Positions 11,762 to 22,707 of a stretch of DNA of 64,000 nt are shown here, piece after piece. This DNA is from Trueperaceae bacterium. Lineage in GTDB: Bacteria > Deinococcota > Deinococci > Deinococcales > Trueperaceae. Location: contig CBDCDZ010000004.1 of NCBI GenBank assembly GCA_965215565.1, positions 544,001 to 608,000 of the forward strand, written 5' to 3'. The translations under genes and the position numbers were made by a program. The notes beneath the pieces were generated by a model. It made no database searches and was not told the origin of the DNA. It worked only from the letters and a program-made list of their open reading frames with translations. Position 1 is the stretch's first letter, and the number at the start of each line of letters is the position of its first letter.

Positions 11762-12271
11762 ATGCAACACTACCGGTCCGCCCTGGGTTTCTTTTGCGTC
11801 TGCTGCGTCATTGGGATGTCCCTGAGCGCCGCCTACGCGCAAACACCGCTCGCGGTCACCTTGGAGAGCTATCTCGTGACGGAAGTGACCCTGGAGGACG
11901 GCACCACCGAGGAGCAACTCGTCCCCACCGAGACTGCCGAGCCCGGTCAGGTCTTGGAATATCACCTCACGCTCCAGAACGAGAGCGAGACGGCGCTCTC
12001 GGAGGGCGTCGCGGCGACGGGTCCAGTGCCGGAGCGGACCCAGTACCTCGCCGAGTCCGCGACGGACGGGGCGGGATCTGACCTCACCTTTAGCGCCGAC
12101 GAGGGCGAGAGCTTTAGCGCCGCGCCTACTGTCACCGTGACGGACGAGAACGGCGACGAGCAAGAGGTGGCAGCCGAGCCGGGGCAGTATGACGCCGTGC
12201 GCTGGAAGCTGCTGAGCGGGCTCGAGCCGGGTCAGACGCGCATCTTCGTCTACCGCGTGGAGGTGCTCTAA
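11762..12271 (+). CDS. Small secreted single DUF11-like domain protein (C-terminally incomplete)
   Basis: RBS GAGGAGG, signal peptide ending AYA, PGQVLEYHLTLQN...GPVP...FVYRVEVL*. Confidence 0.8.
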   Translation: MQHYRSALGFFCVCCVIGMSLSAAYAQTPLAVTLESYLVTEVTLEDGTTEEQLVPTETAEPGQVLEYHLTLQNESETALSEGVAATGPVPERTQYLAESATDGAGSDLTFSADEGESFSAAPTVTVTDENGDEQEVAAEPGQYDAVRWKLLSGLEPGQTRIFVYRVEVL

Positions 12272-12361
12272 GCCTAACCTCTTTCAGTGTGTAACTTCGC
12301 TCGTCAACCCTTAACCCTCTCTAACCGCCCCGCCCTATTTTCACGCTCTCTCGGAGGAAAG

Positions 12362-15094
12362 ATGACCCTTGTACGCTCCGTTTTCGCGGTCTTGCTCGCG
12401 CTCGCTTTAGCAGTCGCCTTCGCGCAGCAAACCCCCGCCGGAACCCAGATTCAAAACCAAGCCACCGCCCAGTATGTCGATTCATCGGGCGAAACCCAGA
12501 CCACGAACTCCAACCAAGTCGTGACCATCGTCCAGCAGGTTTACGACGTGGCAATTACACCCGACAGCACCGGCACGCCCGGTGAAACTGATTTCGTGTC
12601 AGGTCAGTCCCAAGACGCCACGCCCGGTAGCACCGTGTACTTCCCGTACACGCTCACGAACGAGGGTAACGGCGCAGACAGCTTCGACTTAACGAGCGAT
12701 GTTGCCGTAGACAGCACGGGCGCTATCGCGGACACGACGCCTATTTTCTACCTTGATGAGAATAACGACGGCAAAGTGCAATCAGGTGAAGACATCGTTA
12801 CCTCTATAGATAACGTCGCTGCAGGCGAGTCCGTCAAGTTCATCATGGCGTACCAGATTCCTACGGACGTTGACACCACCGACGCAACAGCGGACACGGT
12901 GATCGCCAGCCCTATCGGAACGAGCCAGGGTGACACCGAAGCCCCTGTCGCCAGCGACAGCAACAACTACCACCAGACCAACGTTGTGCAGGGCGCAGCT
13001 CTCCGCGCGACGAAGACCGTGGACCAGGCGAACGCCGACCCCGGCGACACGCTTACCTACACTGTGACCGTCACGAATACAGGTTCGGCAGACGCAACCA
13101 ACGTCGTCATCTCCGACGAACTGCCTGGCGGCGTGACTTACGTTTCAGCGACAGCGACCCCTGCCAACACCGTTGACTTTGATGCAGGCACGTCAACCGT
13201 GAGCACGACCTTTGCAACCATCAATTCAGGTCAGGCTGTAGAGCTAGAGATTACGGCAACTGTCAATGACGACACCCTCCCCGGCGACTTAGCGAACACC
13301 GCCACTATCACTTATGACGATGATCAAGGCAACCCCAGAACTCCTGTAGATACCAACACCACGACCACGACGGTGCTACCAGAAGCAGGTGTGGCAGTCG
13401 GTCCGAACGGCGACCCGCTCGACGGGCTAGACGGCGACGACGACACCGCCATCAGCTACACCACGAGCGAGGGCTATACCATCACAGGGGCGGACAACGC
13501 CGACACCCAGGTCTTAGCCGAAGCGAACGCAGGCACCAACGTCAGCTTTATCAACACGGTTCAGAACACCGGAACCGACACCGACACCTTCAACCTCTCG
13601 ACCACGCCCACCCTTCCTGACGGCGCGTCCGTCATCCTGACCCGTCTCGACGGCACACCCCTAACCGACACCGACAACGACGGCACGGTGGACAGCGGAC
13701 CGCTCGCACCGGGTGAAAACTTCAGCTTCATCACCAGAGTTGTTTTACCGTCAAACGTTCCGGCTGAAGGCGACGCGGCTGTTAACGCTGCTGAAGTGAC
13801 CGTGACGGCGACCTCGAGCCTCAACCCAGACGTAGACGACGACACGACCAATGTCATCCAAGACATCGCCGGACCAGGCGTCGATATTGGTAACGATAAC
13901 GGCGACACAGAGGTCGATGGCGACGACACGGCAAGCGACATCGGCGTAAACCAAACCGTCGAGCCAGGCGAGAGTGCCTCGTTCCCGCTAGATATTGTTA
14001 ATACGGGCGGCAGCGACGACAGCTTCGACCTTACGGGTACCGTGGACTTCACCGACAACGAGGGCAACACCGTCACCGTCCCAGTGACCTACTACCCGGA
14101 CACGGACGGCGACGGCGTCTTAGACCCAGACGAGCTTACGGCTGGCCCGATCACCAACACGGGCACGATCGACCCAGGCGAAGAGGTCAGCGTCATCGCA
14201 GTGGTGAACGTTCCCGCAGACGCCGTGCCAACCGATGACCCTTCAACCGTCACGCTGATCGCGGACTCACCAAATTCGGGCGCGCAAGACACCTTCACGA
14301 ACAACACCGTCACCGTAGCCGAAGACGCCACCTTCACCTTCAGCCCCGACCGCAACGGCACAGCGCCAAGCCCCGGTACGGTCATCTACCAGCACACGCT
14401 CGAGAATACGGGCAACGTCAACATCACCGATATCGACTTCTCTGAGGTCTCGAGCGGTAACGACACCGGCTTCACCTACACTTATTCGTATGACGGGACG
14501 ACGTACTACGCCGTAGACGCGCTGCCCACTCTGACGGACGCAGCCGGACCGGGTGTCATCGCACCAGGCGACAACCAGTCCTTCTTCGTACAGGTCAACG
14601 TGCCTGCAGGCGTACCACAGGGCGCGGTCAACGTCGTCGAAGTTACAGCCGCAGCGACCTTCACTGCCGGAACCGCGACTCAGATCGTTACCGACACGAC
14701 TATCGTTGTCGGCGGTGAGGTCAGGGTTGAAAAAGAGTGGAGCTTAGACGGTGCCACCTTCTACCGAGGCGACGGCACCGACACCGATAATCTCCCTGTA
14801 CCCGAAGTCGCGCCAGGTGAGGACATCACCTACCGCCTCACGGTTACGAACATCGGCACGGCGGACGTTACTGAAATCGACGTCTTCGACCCCGTTCCAA
14901 CCTTCACTGACTTCGTTGAAGACTCCACCTCGGGCGGCGACGGCGTGGAATGCTCCACCGACGGCGGCACGGGCTACGGTGCGTGCCCGACGGGTGGCGA
15001 CATTGATACGGACGTCACCACACTCCGCTTCGACATCGCGACCTTAGCGCCTGGTGCGGAAGTCGTTCTCGAGTTCGACGTGCGCGTTCAGTAA
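12362..15094 (+). CDS. Secreted acidic DUF11-repeat protein, candidate major filament subunit
   Basis: RBS GGAGG, signal peptide ending AFA, TKTVDQANADPGDTLTYTVTVTN DUF11 motif, DxDxDG loops, Thr/Asp-rich. Confidence 0.85.
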   Translation: MTLVRSVFAVLLALALAVAFAQQTPAGTQIQNQATAQYVDSSGETQTTNSNQVVTIVQQVYDVAITPDSTGTPGETDFVSGQSQDATPGSTVYFPYTLTNEGNGADSFDLTSDVAVDSTGAIADTTPIFYLDENNDGKVQSGEDIVTSIDNVAAGESVKFIMAYQIPTDVDTTDATADTVIASPIGTSQGDTEAPVASDSNNYHQTNVVQGAALRATKTVDQANADPGDTLTYTVTVTNTGSADATNVVISDELPGGVTYVSATATPANTVDFDAGTSTVSTTFATINSGQAVELEITATVNDDTLPGDLANTATITYDDDQGNPRTPVDTNTTTTTVLPEAGVAVGPNGDPLDGLDGDDDTAISYTTSEGYTITGADNADTQVLAEANAGTNVSFINTVQNTGTDTDTFNLSTTPTLPDGASVILTRLDGTPLTDTDNDGTVDSGPLAPGENFSFITRVVLPSNVPAEGDAAVNAAEVTVTATSSLNPDVDDDTTNVIQDIAGPGVDIGNDNGDTEVDGDDTASDIGVNQTVEPGESASFPLDIVNTGGSDDSFDLTGTVDFTDNEGNTVTVPVTYYPDTDGDGVLDPDELTAGPITNTGTIDPGEEVSVIAVVNVPADAVPTDDPSTVTLIADSPNSGAQDTFTNNTVTVAEDATFTFSPDRNGTAPSPGTVIYQHTLENTGNVNITDIDFSEVSSGNDTGFTYTYSYDGTTYYAVDALPTLTDAAGPGVIAPGDNQSFFVQVNVPAGVPQGAVNVVEVTAAATFTAGTATQIVTDTTIVVGGEVRVEKEWSLDGATFYRGDGTDTDNLPVPEVAPGEDITYRLTVTNIGTADVTEIDVFDPVPTFTDFVEDSTSGGDGVECSTDGGTGYGACPTGGDIDTDVTTLRFDIATLAPGAEVVLEFDVRVQ

Positions 15095-15106
15095 ACCCTC
15101 TCATCC

Positions 15107-15128
15107 TGTGGGAGCTTAGGCTCCCACA
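15107..15128 (+). terminator. Stem-loop after the major subunit gene (terminator or mRNA-stabilising hairpin)
   Basis: TGTGGGAGC-TTAG-GCTCCCACA. Confidence 0.55.
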
Positions 15129-15230
15129 CCCCTTCTTGGAGGGCTGCATAGGGCAGCCCCCACTATCTCACTAACTCTATTTTATGAACCTTATCAATCC
15201 CTTTACGAACCCTCTGGAAAGGCACCCCTT

Positions 15231-18050
15231 ATGACGCGACTATTCATCACTCTGAGCGTGCTGCTGAGCGGCTTGGTGCTTGCCATCACCCCGGCGGGGA
15301 CGGAGATTCGCAACCAGGCGAGCGCGGTCTTGAACGGCGAAACGTACCTCTCTAATGAGGTGAATACAGCGGTGCGTTCTCTCTGTATCCCCGAACTGAC
15401 GCCCAACGGCACACAAACCGCGCCGGGGCAGAGCGTCAGCGTGAGCGCGGGGGGGCGGGCGTACCTGCCCTATACGCTCACCAATGCGGGCAACGACCGC
15501 TTCACCTTCGACCTCTCGGTTGTGCAGGGCGCAGGCGACTGGACGCCCGGTGAGACTACGCTCTACCGCGACGCCAACCGCAACGGACGCTTGGACGCGG
15601 GCGAGACCGCCGCCCCGTCCGTCACGTTGGAGAGTGGCGCGGACGCTGCGCTCATCCTCGAGGTCGTGACGCCTGCGGGGGCGACGGGTGAACGAACCTT
15701 CTCACCCGTCGCGATTTGTGGAGGGACGAACGAAGCGGACGCGGAGAACTACGCGCTCGTACAAGTCGTCGAAGGTCCGGCGTTGCAACTCTTCAAGACG
15801 GTTGGAGGCTCCACCTTTGACCCCGGCGAGACCGTCCGCTTCGAGGTGCGCCTACTGAATAACGGCTCGCAGCCCGCCGAGAATCCCACCTTGACCGACG
15901 ACTTCGGATTCGCTGACTTAGATGGTCTCACCTTTGTGGGCGGTTCCGCAACAGCAACGCAGGGAACCGTTGAGTATTCAGACGGCGCGACCTGGACGCA
16001 GACGGAGCCGGGCACAGTGCGCAGCGTGCGGGTGCAACTCGCCTCTCTCGCCGTCGGTGGAGAGGTTATCCTCAGCTTCGAGATGCGCGTTTCGCCGGAC
16101 GCCGCGCCCGGCGAGCGGCAGAACCGCGCCGTCGCGACCGGACCCGGCGGACCCGCTGAAGTCACGGCGGACTTCACGGTAGGGGCGAGCTACCAGCACT
16201 TCTTGGGACCGGACGGCGACCCGAGAGCGCTTCCCGGCGGCGAAGGCAGCGCCGACGATTTACAGGTCAAAGACCGCTTGATTTACGGGCGCACGAGCTG
16301 TTTCGCACACACGCTAGAGAACGCGAGCACCGTTCAAGACCGCTACGAGATCGCCTTTAGCGGGCTTCCGGCGGGCGTCGCGGCGACGCTCAACACGGTT
16401 GACGGCGAGCCGCTGCCGCGCACCTTAGAACTACAAGCGGGCGAACGCCGCGACTTCAGGCTCTGCTTAACGGCGAGCGACGTCGTCCCGCCTTTCACCG
16501 TCACGCTCACCGCGACCTCACTCGCCACCGGTCAGATGAACCTCACCCGTGACCGCGTCGAAGAGGTCATAGCGGCAGGTCCCGAGCTAGACCTCGTCAA
16601 GAGCGCCGACCCCGTGGGTTCTATCGGCGAAGGCGAGGTGCTCACCTACACCCTCACGGTGACGAACAACCACGACTTCGATTTGAATGACGTGCGTATC
16701 ACTGACACCTTGGAAGGCTTCGAGCGTTCGGATGGACGAGCCGCCGAGATTCCCGCGTCCACGTTTGTCTCTGCCTCGGATGGCGGCGACTACGACGCGG
16801 AGACGCGCACCGTTTCATGGCGCGTGCTGAACCTACCCGCAGGCGAAAGCACCCGCTTCACCGTCCAGGTGCGGATGCCTGAAGACGTACCGGATGACAC
16901 CCTCTTCGTGCTGCGCAACCGTTTTAGCGTCGCGGCGCAGGAGTTGCCTGCGCCCAAAGCCTCCAACGAGGTCACGCACGCTTTCCCGCTCTTGTCGCTC
17001 ACCATCGAGAAGACGGTGGCGGAAGAGGTAGTACGCATCGGTGACACGCTGCGCTACACCGTGACGGTCTCCAACCCGAACGACGTGCCTTTAGACCTCA
17101 CAGTTGTGGACACGCCGCCCGAGCGCACCGCCTACGTAGCAGGAAGCGCGGTGGTGACGAGCGGCGCGAACGAAAAAGCGGTTGAACCCGAAGCGCGCGG
17201 CGACGAGTTGGTGTGGGACTTAACAGGCGACCCCGACTTCCGCTTGGAGCCTAGAGGCGCAGGCGGGCGCGACCGGGTGAGCATCTCTTACGCGCTCACC
17301 GTGCTACCCGGCGCGGAGGGTCCCCTGCAGAACACCGCCTACGCCCTCGGCACCTTTGGCGACGGCGACGGCGCGGTCTCGGGCGTCGTCATCGTGAGCG
17401 ACGAGGTGCAAGTGGACGTCACGTTAGACGAGCGTATCTTGAGCCAGCCCGACGCTCTCCTGAGCGGACGAGTCTACTTAGATGTCAACGAGAACTGCGT
17501 CTACGAGCACGGTCTCGACGTGCCGCTACCCGGCGCGAGGGTGCTCCTGCCGAACGGGTGGCAGACCTTGAGCGACGCAGAGGGCCGCTACACCTTCCGC
17601 GACTTAGAGCCCGGCGCGTGGTCCGTCACACTCGACGCGCGGTCCGCGCCCTTTGCGCCCGTGCCGCATCCCGAAGGCTTGGGGGAGGGCTACCAGCACC
17701 GCGTCGTCTTACAAGGTCTTACAGTGAGCGACTTTCCCTTGGTTGCACCCGCAGGCGCGATTCGCGCTTACCGGCAAACGACACTGCGCTTCGGTCCGCT
17801 CAACGTGGAAAAGCGCCTTATCGCCTTGCCGAGAGAGGACGGAACTGAAGGCGTGCGCGTGGTGCTCACGGTGACGAGCCCCGAACCCCTCCCCGAACTG
17901 GTCATCAGCGACCCCGTGCCCGGCGCGGAGCCGCGCACCTTTACCTTTGAGACTTTCGAGGGCGAAGAAACCCTGACCTACGACCTCGAGACCCCTGGGG
18001 ACGAGCCGCTACCCCTAACCGACCCCAACGCCCGCTGGAGATACCCATGA
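15231..18050 (+). CDS. Secreted DUF11-repeat protein with SdrD-B-like domain
   Basis: Signal peptide, TPAGTEIRNQA, three Lys/Asn DUF11 repeats, GRVYLDVNEN...GARVLL...DAEGRYTF. Confidence 0.85.
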   Translation: MTRLFITLSVLLSGLVLAITPAGTEIRNQASAVLNGETYLSNEVNTAVRSLCIPELTPNGTQTAPGQSVSVSAGGRAYLPYTLTNAGNDRFTFDLSVVQGAGDWTPGETTLYRDANRNGRLDAGETAAPSVTLESGADAALILEVVTPAGATGERTFSPVAICGGTNEADAENYALVQVVEGPALQLFKTVGGSTFDPGETVRFEVRLLNNGSQPAENPTLTDDFGFADLDGLTFVGGSATATQGTVEYSDGATWTQTEPGTVRSVRVQLASLAVGGEVILSFEMRVSPDAAPGERQNRAVATGPGGPAEVTADFTVGASYQHFLGPDGDPRALPGGEGSADDLQVKDRLIYGRTSCFAHTLENASTVQDRYEIAFSGLPAGVAATLNTVDGEPLPRTLELQAGERRDFRLCLTASDVVPPFTVTLTATSLATGQMNLTRDRVEEVIAAGPELDLVKSADPVGSIGEGEVLTYTLTVTNNHDFDLNDVRITDTLEGFERSDGRAAEIPASTFVSASDGGDYDAETRTVSWRVLNLPAGESTRFTVQVRMPEDVPDDTLFVLRNRFSVAAQELPAPKASNEVTHAFPLLSLTIEKTVAEEVVRIGDTLRYTVTVSNPNDVPLDLTVVDTPPERTAYVAGSAVVTSGANEKAVEPEARGDELVWDLTGDPDFRLEPRGAGGRDRVSISYALTVLPGAEGPLQNTAYALGTFGDGDGAVSGVVIVSDEVQVDVTLDERILSQPDALLSGRVYLDVNENCVYEHGLDVPLPGARVLLPNGWQTLSDAEGRYTFRDLEPGAWSVTLDARSAPFAPVPHPEGLGEGYQHRVVLQGLTVSDFPLVAPAGAIRAYRQTTLRFGPLNVEKRLIALPREDGTEGVRVVLTVTSPEPLPELVISDPVPGAEPRTFTFETFEGEETLTYDLETPGDEPLPLTDPNARWRYP

Positions 18051-21000
18051 AGGTCTTATTTATCATTCTGACGCTACTCTCGCCCTTCGCTTTTGCTAAC
18101 GACGACGACACGGTCAAAGGTATCGTCCCCGGCGACGCTCTGGGCTGGGAGATCGAAGAGGTCGTGATGACGCTGTCGCTCGGTCAGGACAGCCCGGTGA
18201 AGCTCGAGATTTATTCCCCCGGCTTCGATCCGGACGACTACCGCGCCGCTTTGGACGGGCGCACCGAGCTGGGCGACGAGAATTACGGCGATCTTCCCCT
18301 AGCAGGTGAATTCGTATTAGAGAGCGGCGACACCCTCGCCCAGGGGCGCTACGAAGCCCAGCCGCACGAGTGGGAGACCCTTTATGAGGGCACCTTAGAG
18401 AAGGGCGCGTACACCCTGCGCAGCCGCTTTACCGGAAGGGGCAAAAACGCCTTTGTGGTGCGCGTGACGACGCCCGACCCGAGCATCAGCTCGCTCCGCT
18501 TCGCCGAAGGCACCGAACTTTTCGACGTGCGCTCTACCGAGTGGGTTCAAGCCTTTGAGGCCAAACTGCCCCGCGCGGGCACGCCCGCGCGTTACGCGCT
18601 CTACGACGGCGACGGCGCAAGCGAGCTAGAAGCGAAAGTCGTCATGGCGGACGGCAGCGAGCGCACCCTGCCCGTCTCGGAAGATTTGGAGTGGCAGGTC
18701 TGGGAATTCACTGAAGCGGGCACGTACACCGTCTACCTCCGTCAACCCGAAAGCGCGTATCAGTATTCCAATACCGTCGCGACGAAGACGCTCTACCCCG
18801 AGCCCGTTGTCGTAGACGTCGTGGACACGGCGGGCACCGCGCTCGGTATTCCCGCCCGCATCACGGGCTACAGCGAACGCACCGTGACGCTGGACGTGCC
18901 GAGCGAGTACCGACTCGTCGAGATTCAAACCGGCGGCGCGAGAGGTGACGGAACGCGAGTCAGCTTCGGCTTTGAAGGCGGACAGGTGCGTTACGTGCTG
19001 GAACAAAGTGCCGAAGCGGAGCCGGAGCCCGTAACGCCGCAGCCTGAGCCGACGCAGCCCGAAGCGCAAGACGCCACCGTGACCTTGACCAGGGACCTCG
19101 ACTTAAAAGAGGTCTTGCCCGGTGAAGTCGTGACCGTTTCTTTGACGGTCAGCCACGACAGCGACTCGCCCGTGACCTACACCTTGGAGGACACGCCGCC
19201 CGAGTGGTTGGAGCCGCTCGAGCCCACCACGTTCGAAGGCACCTTGGCAGCGAATGGTTCCGTTACGCACACCTACGGGGCGTCGGTGCGCTTCGGCGCG
19301 GAGGCGACGGGCGAGTTTACGGCGCGGCTGACCTCGTCTATCGGCGACGCGACTGCCGTAGACACCCTTGCGCGCCACCTGCTTCTCGTCGAAAAGAACG
19401 CCGCGTCTGAGACGGTGTTAGAGGGTCAAGCCACCTCGTTCACCGTGCGCGTGACGAACCCCTTGGGGCGCACCGTCTCCTTCGAGCTGCGCGAGTCGCC
19501 GCAGAGAGGCTTAGGCCTGGAAGGCGAGCCCGTCATCGACGTGACGCTGGGGGCGAACGAGAGCGAGTCCTTCGAGTTCACGGCGACGCCGGGGCGCACC
19601 GGCTCGCTCGATAACCAAGCGTCCGTCTTCATCAACCGGACGCCCGCCGGTTTCCCCGCTGGCGCGAGCTTAAACGTCAAGCCTATCCTCGTGCCCGAGC
19701 GCACCTCCTTAGTGACGCTGCCCTTTAACGTCGAAGCGGAAGGAAGAGTCGCCGAAGTCGAGGAGACAGAGGGCGGCACGCTCCTCATCCGCCACCGCGT
19801 CCCTTCGGATGCAACCTATGAGGTGGGCTCCTCGAGGCTGAACGGAAACCCTACCCCCGAGCCCTTAACGCAAACAGTGGAAGAAAGCGGCGAAGAGGTC
19901 ACCTACCTCTACTGGCAACTCCCCTACCTGACCGAGGGAACCCTGAGCTACGCCCTCGCCCACCAGGAGAGCTTGGACGCCTTGGCGGAGCCCGCTTTAA
20001 CTTTCAAATTCGGCAAGCGCGAGCTTTTCTTAGCGGGCGAGGTGCCCTTTGGAGAGGTGCGGGGTGCGCGAGAGGTCGTCCCTGCTAGGCGCAACGGGCT
20101 CATCCGCGAGCCCTTTCCCGGTACGGTTTACCGCACGACGGACGCGGCGAAAGTCGTTTTGGAGGGTCCCATCACCGAAGAGGTCACGCTCCTCTTAAAC
20201 GGCGTGAGCGTGAATAGCGACGCGCTAGGTAAGCGCGTGATTGACGAACAGAGCGGCGTGCAGCGCCTCGAGTACTACGGCTTGCCCTTAGAGGTGGGCA
20301 GCACCCTCATCGAAGCGACGATGGGCGGCGCACGCGACCAAGTCGAGGTCTTCCGCGCGGGCAACCCGACCTCTTTGGAGATCACCCCGACGATGTTGGA
20401 GGCGGACGGCGTCACCCCCGCCCAGTTCGAGATTCGCGCCCTAGATGAGTTCGGCGTGACGAACGGCTTCGGCGCGGTGAGCGTGCAGACCGATCTGGAA
20501 CCTCTAGACGACGACGCTTTCCCCGCCGAATCCGGCTACCAAGTTCTCTTAGAAGATGGCGTCGCGACCGTTCGCCTAGAACCCGTTCTAACGCCGCAGC
20601 AAACCAACTTACAGGTCCGCTTCAACGACTTGGACACGCGAGCGTCCTTTTACCTGGGCGGTACGGACGAACCCCTTTACCTCTATCAGGGCAGCGTGAG
20701 CGTGAAGCTGAGCCAGGGCGAGTTGAGCACTACGGGCGTGGCGAGAGGGTACGTCGAGACGCCTCTCGGGAACGGCACGCTGCAAGGCGCACTCGACACG
20801 AACGGCGGCGTCGCTGAGCAGGATGACCCTTCAGGGCGCTTTCCCATCACGGGCAGCGGCAACGCCGCGCAGCCCGCGCTACGCTCCGATGACCTCGTCG
20901 CGGTGCGTTATGGCGACGACACCTTTAGCGTCGGCTACTACGCGGACAGCTTGGGCGTGCCGGGTTTAGAAGGTGTAGCCAGTGGTACGGCGTTACAGGG

Positions 21001-22707
21001 CGAAGTGCGTACCGACTTTGTAGGCGGCGAACTCGTCGGCAACGCCTACGCGAGCCTCCTACCCACCGATCAACTGAGCGAGACGATTGTTCCCGACGGC
21101 ACGCGGCGCTACACCTTGAGCGCCGCGCCCATCAGACCCGGCAGCGAGAGCGTGACGGTGCGAACGGGCGCAGAGGCGCGCGTGTTGGAGCGCTTGGAAG
21201 ACTACACCTTAAATGATGTGACGGGCACCCTTACGCTCGCTCAACCTCTTTTCCCGACTGACGTAAGCGGCCTAGAAACCCGCCTCGAGGTCTCCTACGC
21301 ACCTGCTGAGAGCCCCCGTGACACCCTTTCGGCAGGGGGCGGCGTTCAATATTCGTTCGGTGATTGGGTGCTGGGTGCGGGCATCGCTAGCGTGGGCGGT
21401 GTCCAGTTAGGCGCGTACGCGGACTATGTAGGGGCGGGCTCGAGCTTTAGCCTCACCTACCGCTACGACGAGGCGTTGCGCTCGCAGATCGGTCTTTCGG
21501 GCACCCTGACGCAAGGCTCTTTCAACGCGAGCGCGAACATCAGCTACACGGACGCGCTACAGGGACAAGCCCGCGCCGCTTACAGCTTTAGCGAAGGGCA
21601 ACGCGCCGCCCTCGAGCACAGCGCCCGCAGCACCCGCAACCAGACAAACGCCTTGTACGAACTCGATTTGGGCGACTTCACCTTAGGTTTAGGGGCGGGC
21701 TACTTGTGGGAAGCGCAGACCTTTAGCGCCGTCGCCCGCGCTGGGTATAGGACAGGCAACGCCGACTTCCGCCTCACCCACACGCAACCCTTTGGCGATA
21801 CTGCGCCGATCAGCGACTTCCGCGTGAACTACCAGATCGGCGAGAGTTTGGCGGCGGACTTAGGACTCGTCTACACCTGGGGGGGCGAACTCGTCGGGAA
21901 CGTCGCTTTAGTCCAATCTTTAGGGCGCGGCAACCTCTCGGTTTCGTATCAACTCCCCGGCGCAGACGGACGCGGCAACCGCGCCCGCTTCGGGATTGAG
22001 ACGCCCCTACCCCTTAGCGACGCCTGGAGCTTGGATCTCTCCGCGAACATAGATCAAGGGTTTAGTGACGGCACCACCTTGGCGAGCGCGGGTGCGGGCG
22101 TGCGCTACAGCAAGGGACTTCGTGGCTACTGCCTCCTCCGAAGTGAGCTACGACAGCGCGCAGGACTCTCCCTTCAAACTCACCTTTAGGGGGGGCGCAA
22201 CCGGACAGTTGGACCATCAGCAGACCTTATCCTTCGACGCGACGTATAGGCTCATCCCCGAAGCCGAGGGGGAGTTCACGGCGGCGTACGCACTTAGAAG
22301 CAGCTACCTCACCCTCTTGACCTATCACCGCTTAGAGACGGGCGGCGACGAAGGCAGCGAGTTAGAGGGCGAACTCGCCCCGACGCTGCACCCAAACAAA
22401 GGGTGGCAACTGCGCCCCGGCTTCGCCTACCGCATCCCCTTGTGGAACGACCGGAAGAGCACCTTTTTAGCCTCGTTGGGCGGACATTACTACCTTACGG
22501 ACTACGCGGGCGTGGGCGGCTCGGTCTATCACGAGTGGCAGCCTGCGACGAACAGCAGCGCCACCGCCTTTGGCGTCGAGGGCTCGGTGCGCGTGATTGA
22601 CGAGCTGTGGTTGGCGCTCGGGTACACCTTTGAGGGCTTTGACGGGCTCAGTGAAGATACGAAGAGCGGGCTACTTACGCTTTGAACTCTTAGGCGGAGG
22701 TCAGTGA
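18047..22707 (+). CDS. Large secreted protein with Ig/DUF11 domains and a probable C-terminal outer-membrane beta-barrel; frameshifted near 22113 and 22671
   Basis: ORFs 18047-22189 and 22065-22685 join as ...VRYSK/DFVATASSEVSY...; a third frame gives YLRFELLGGGQ* ending at 22707; alternating aromatic/Gly beta strands. Confidence 0.7.
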
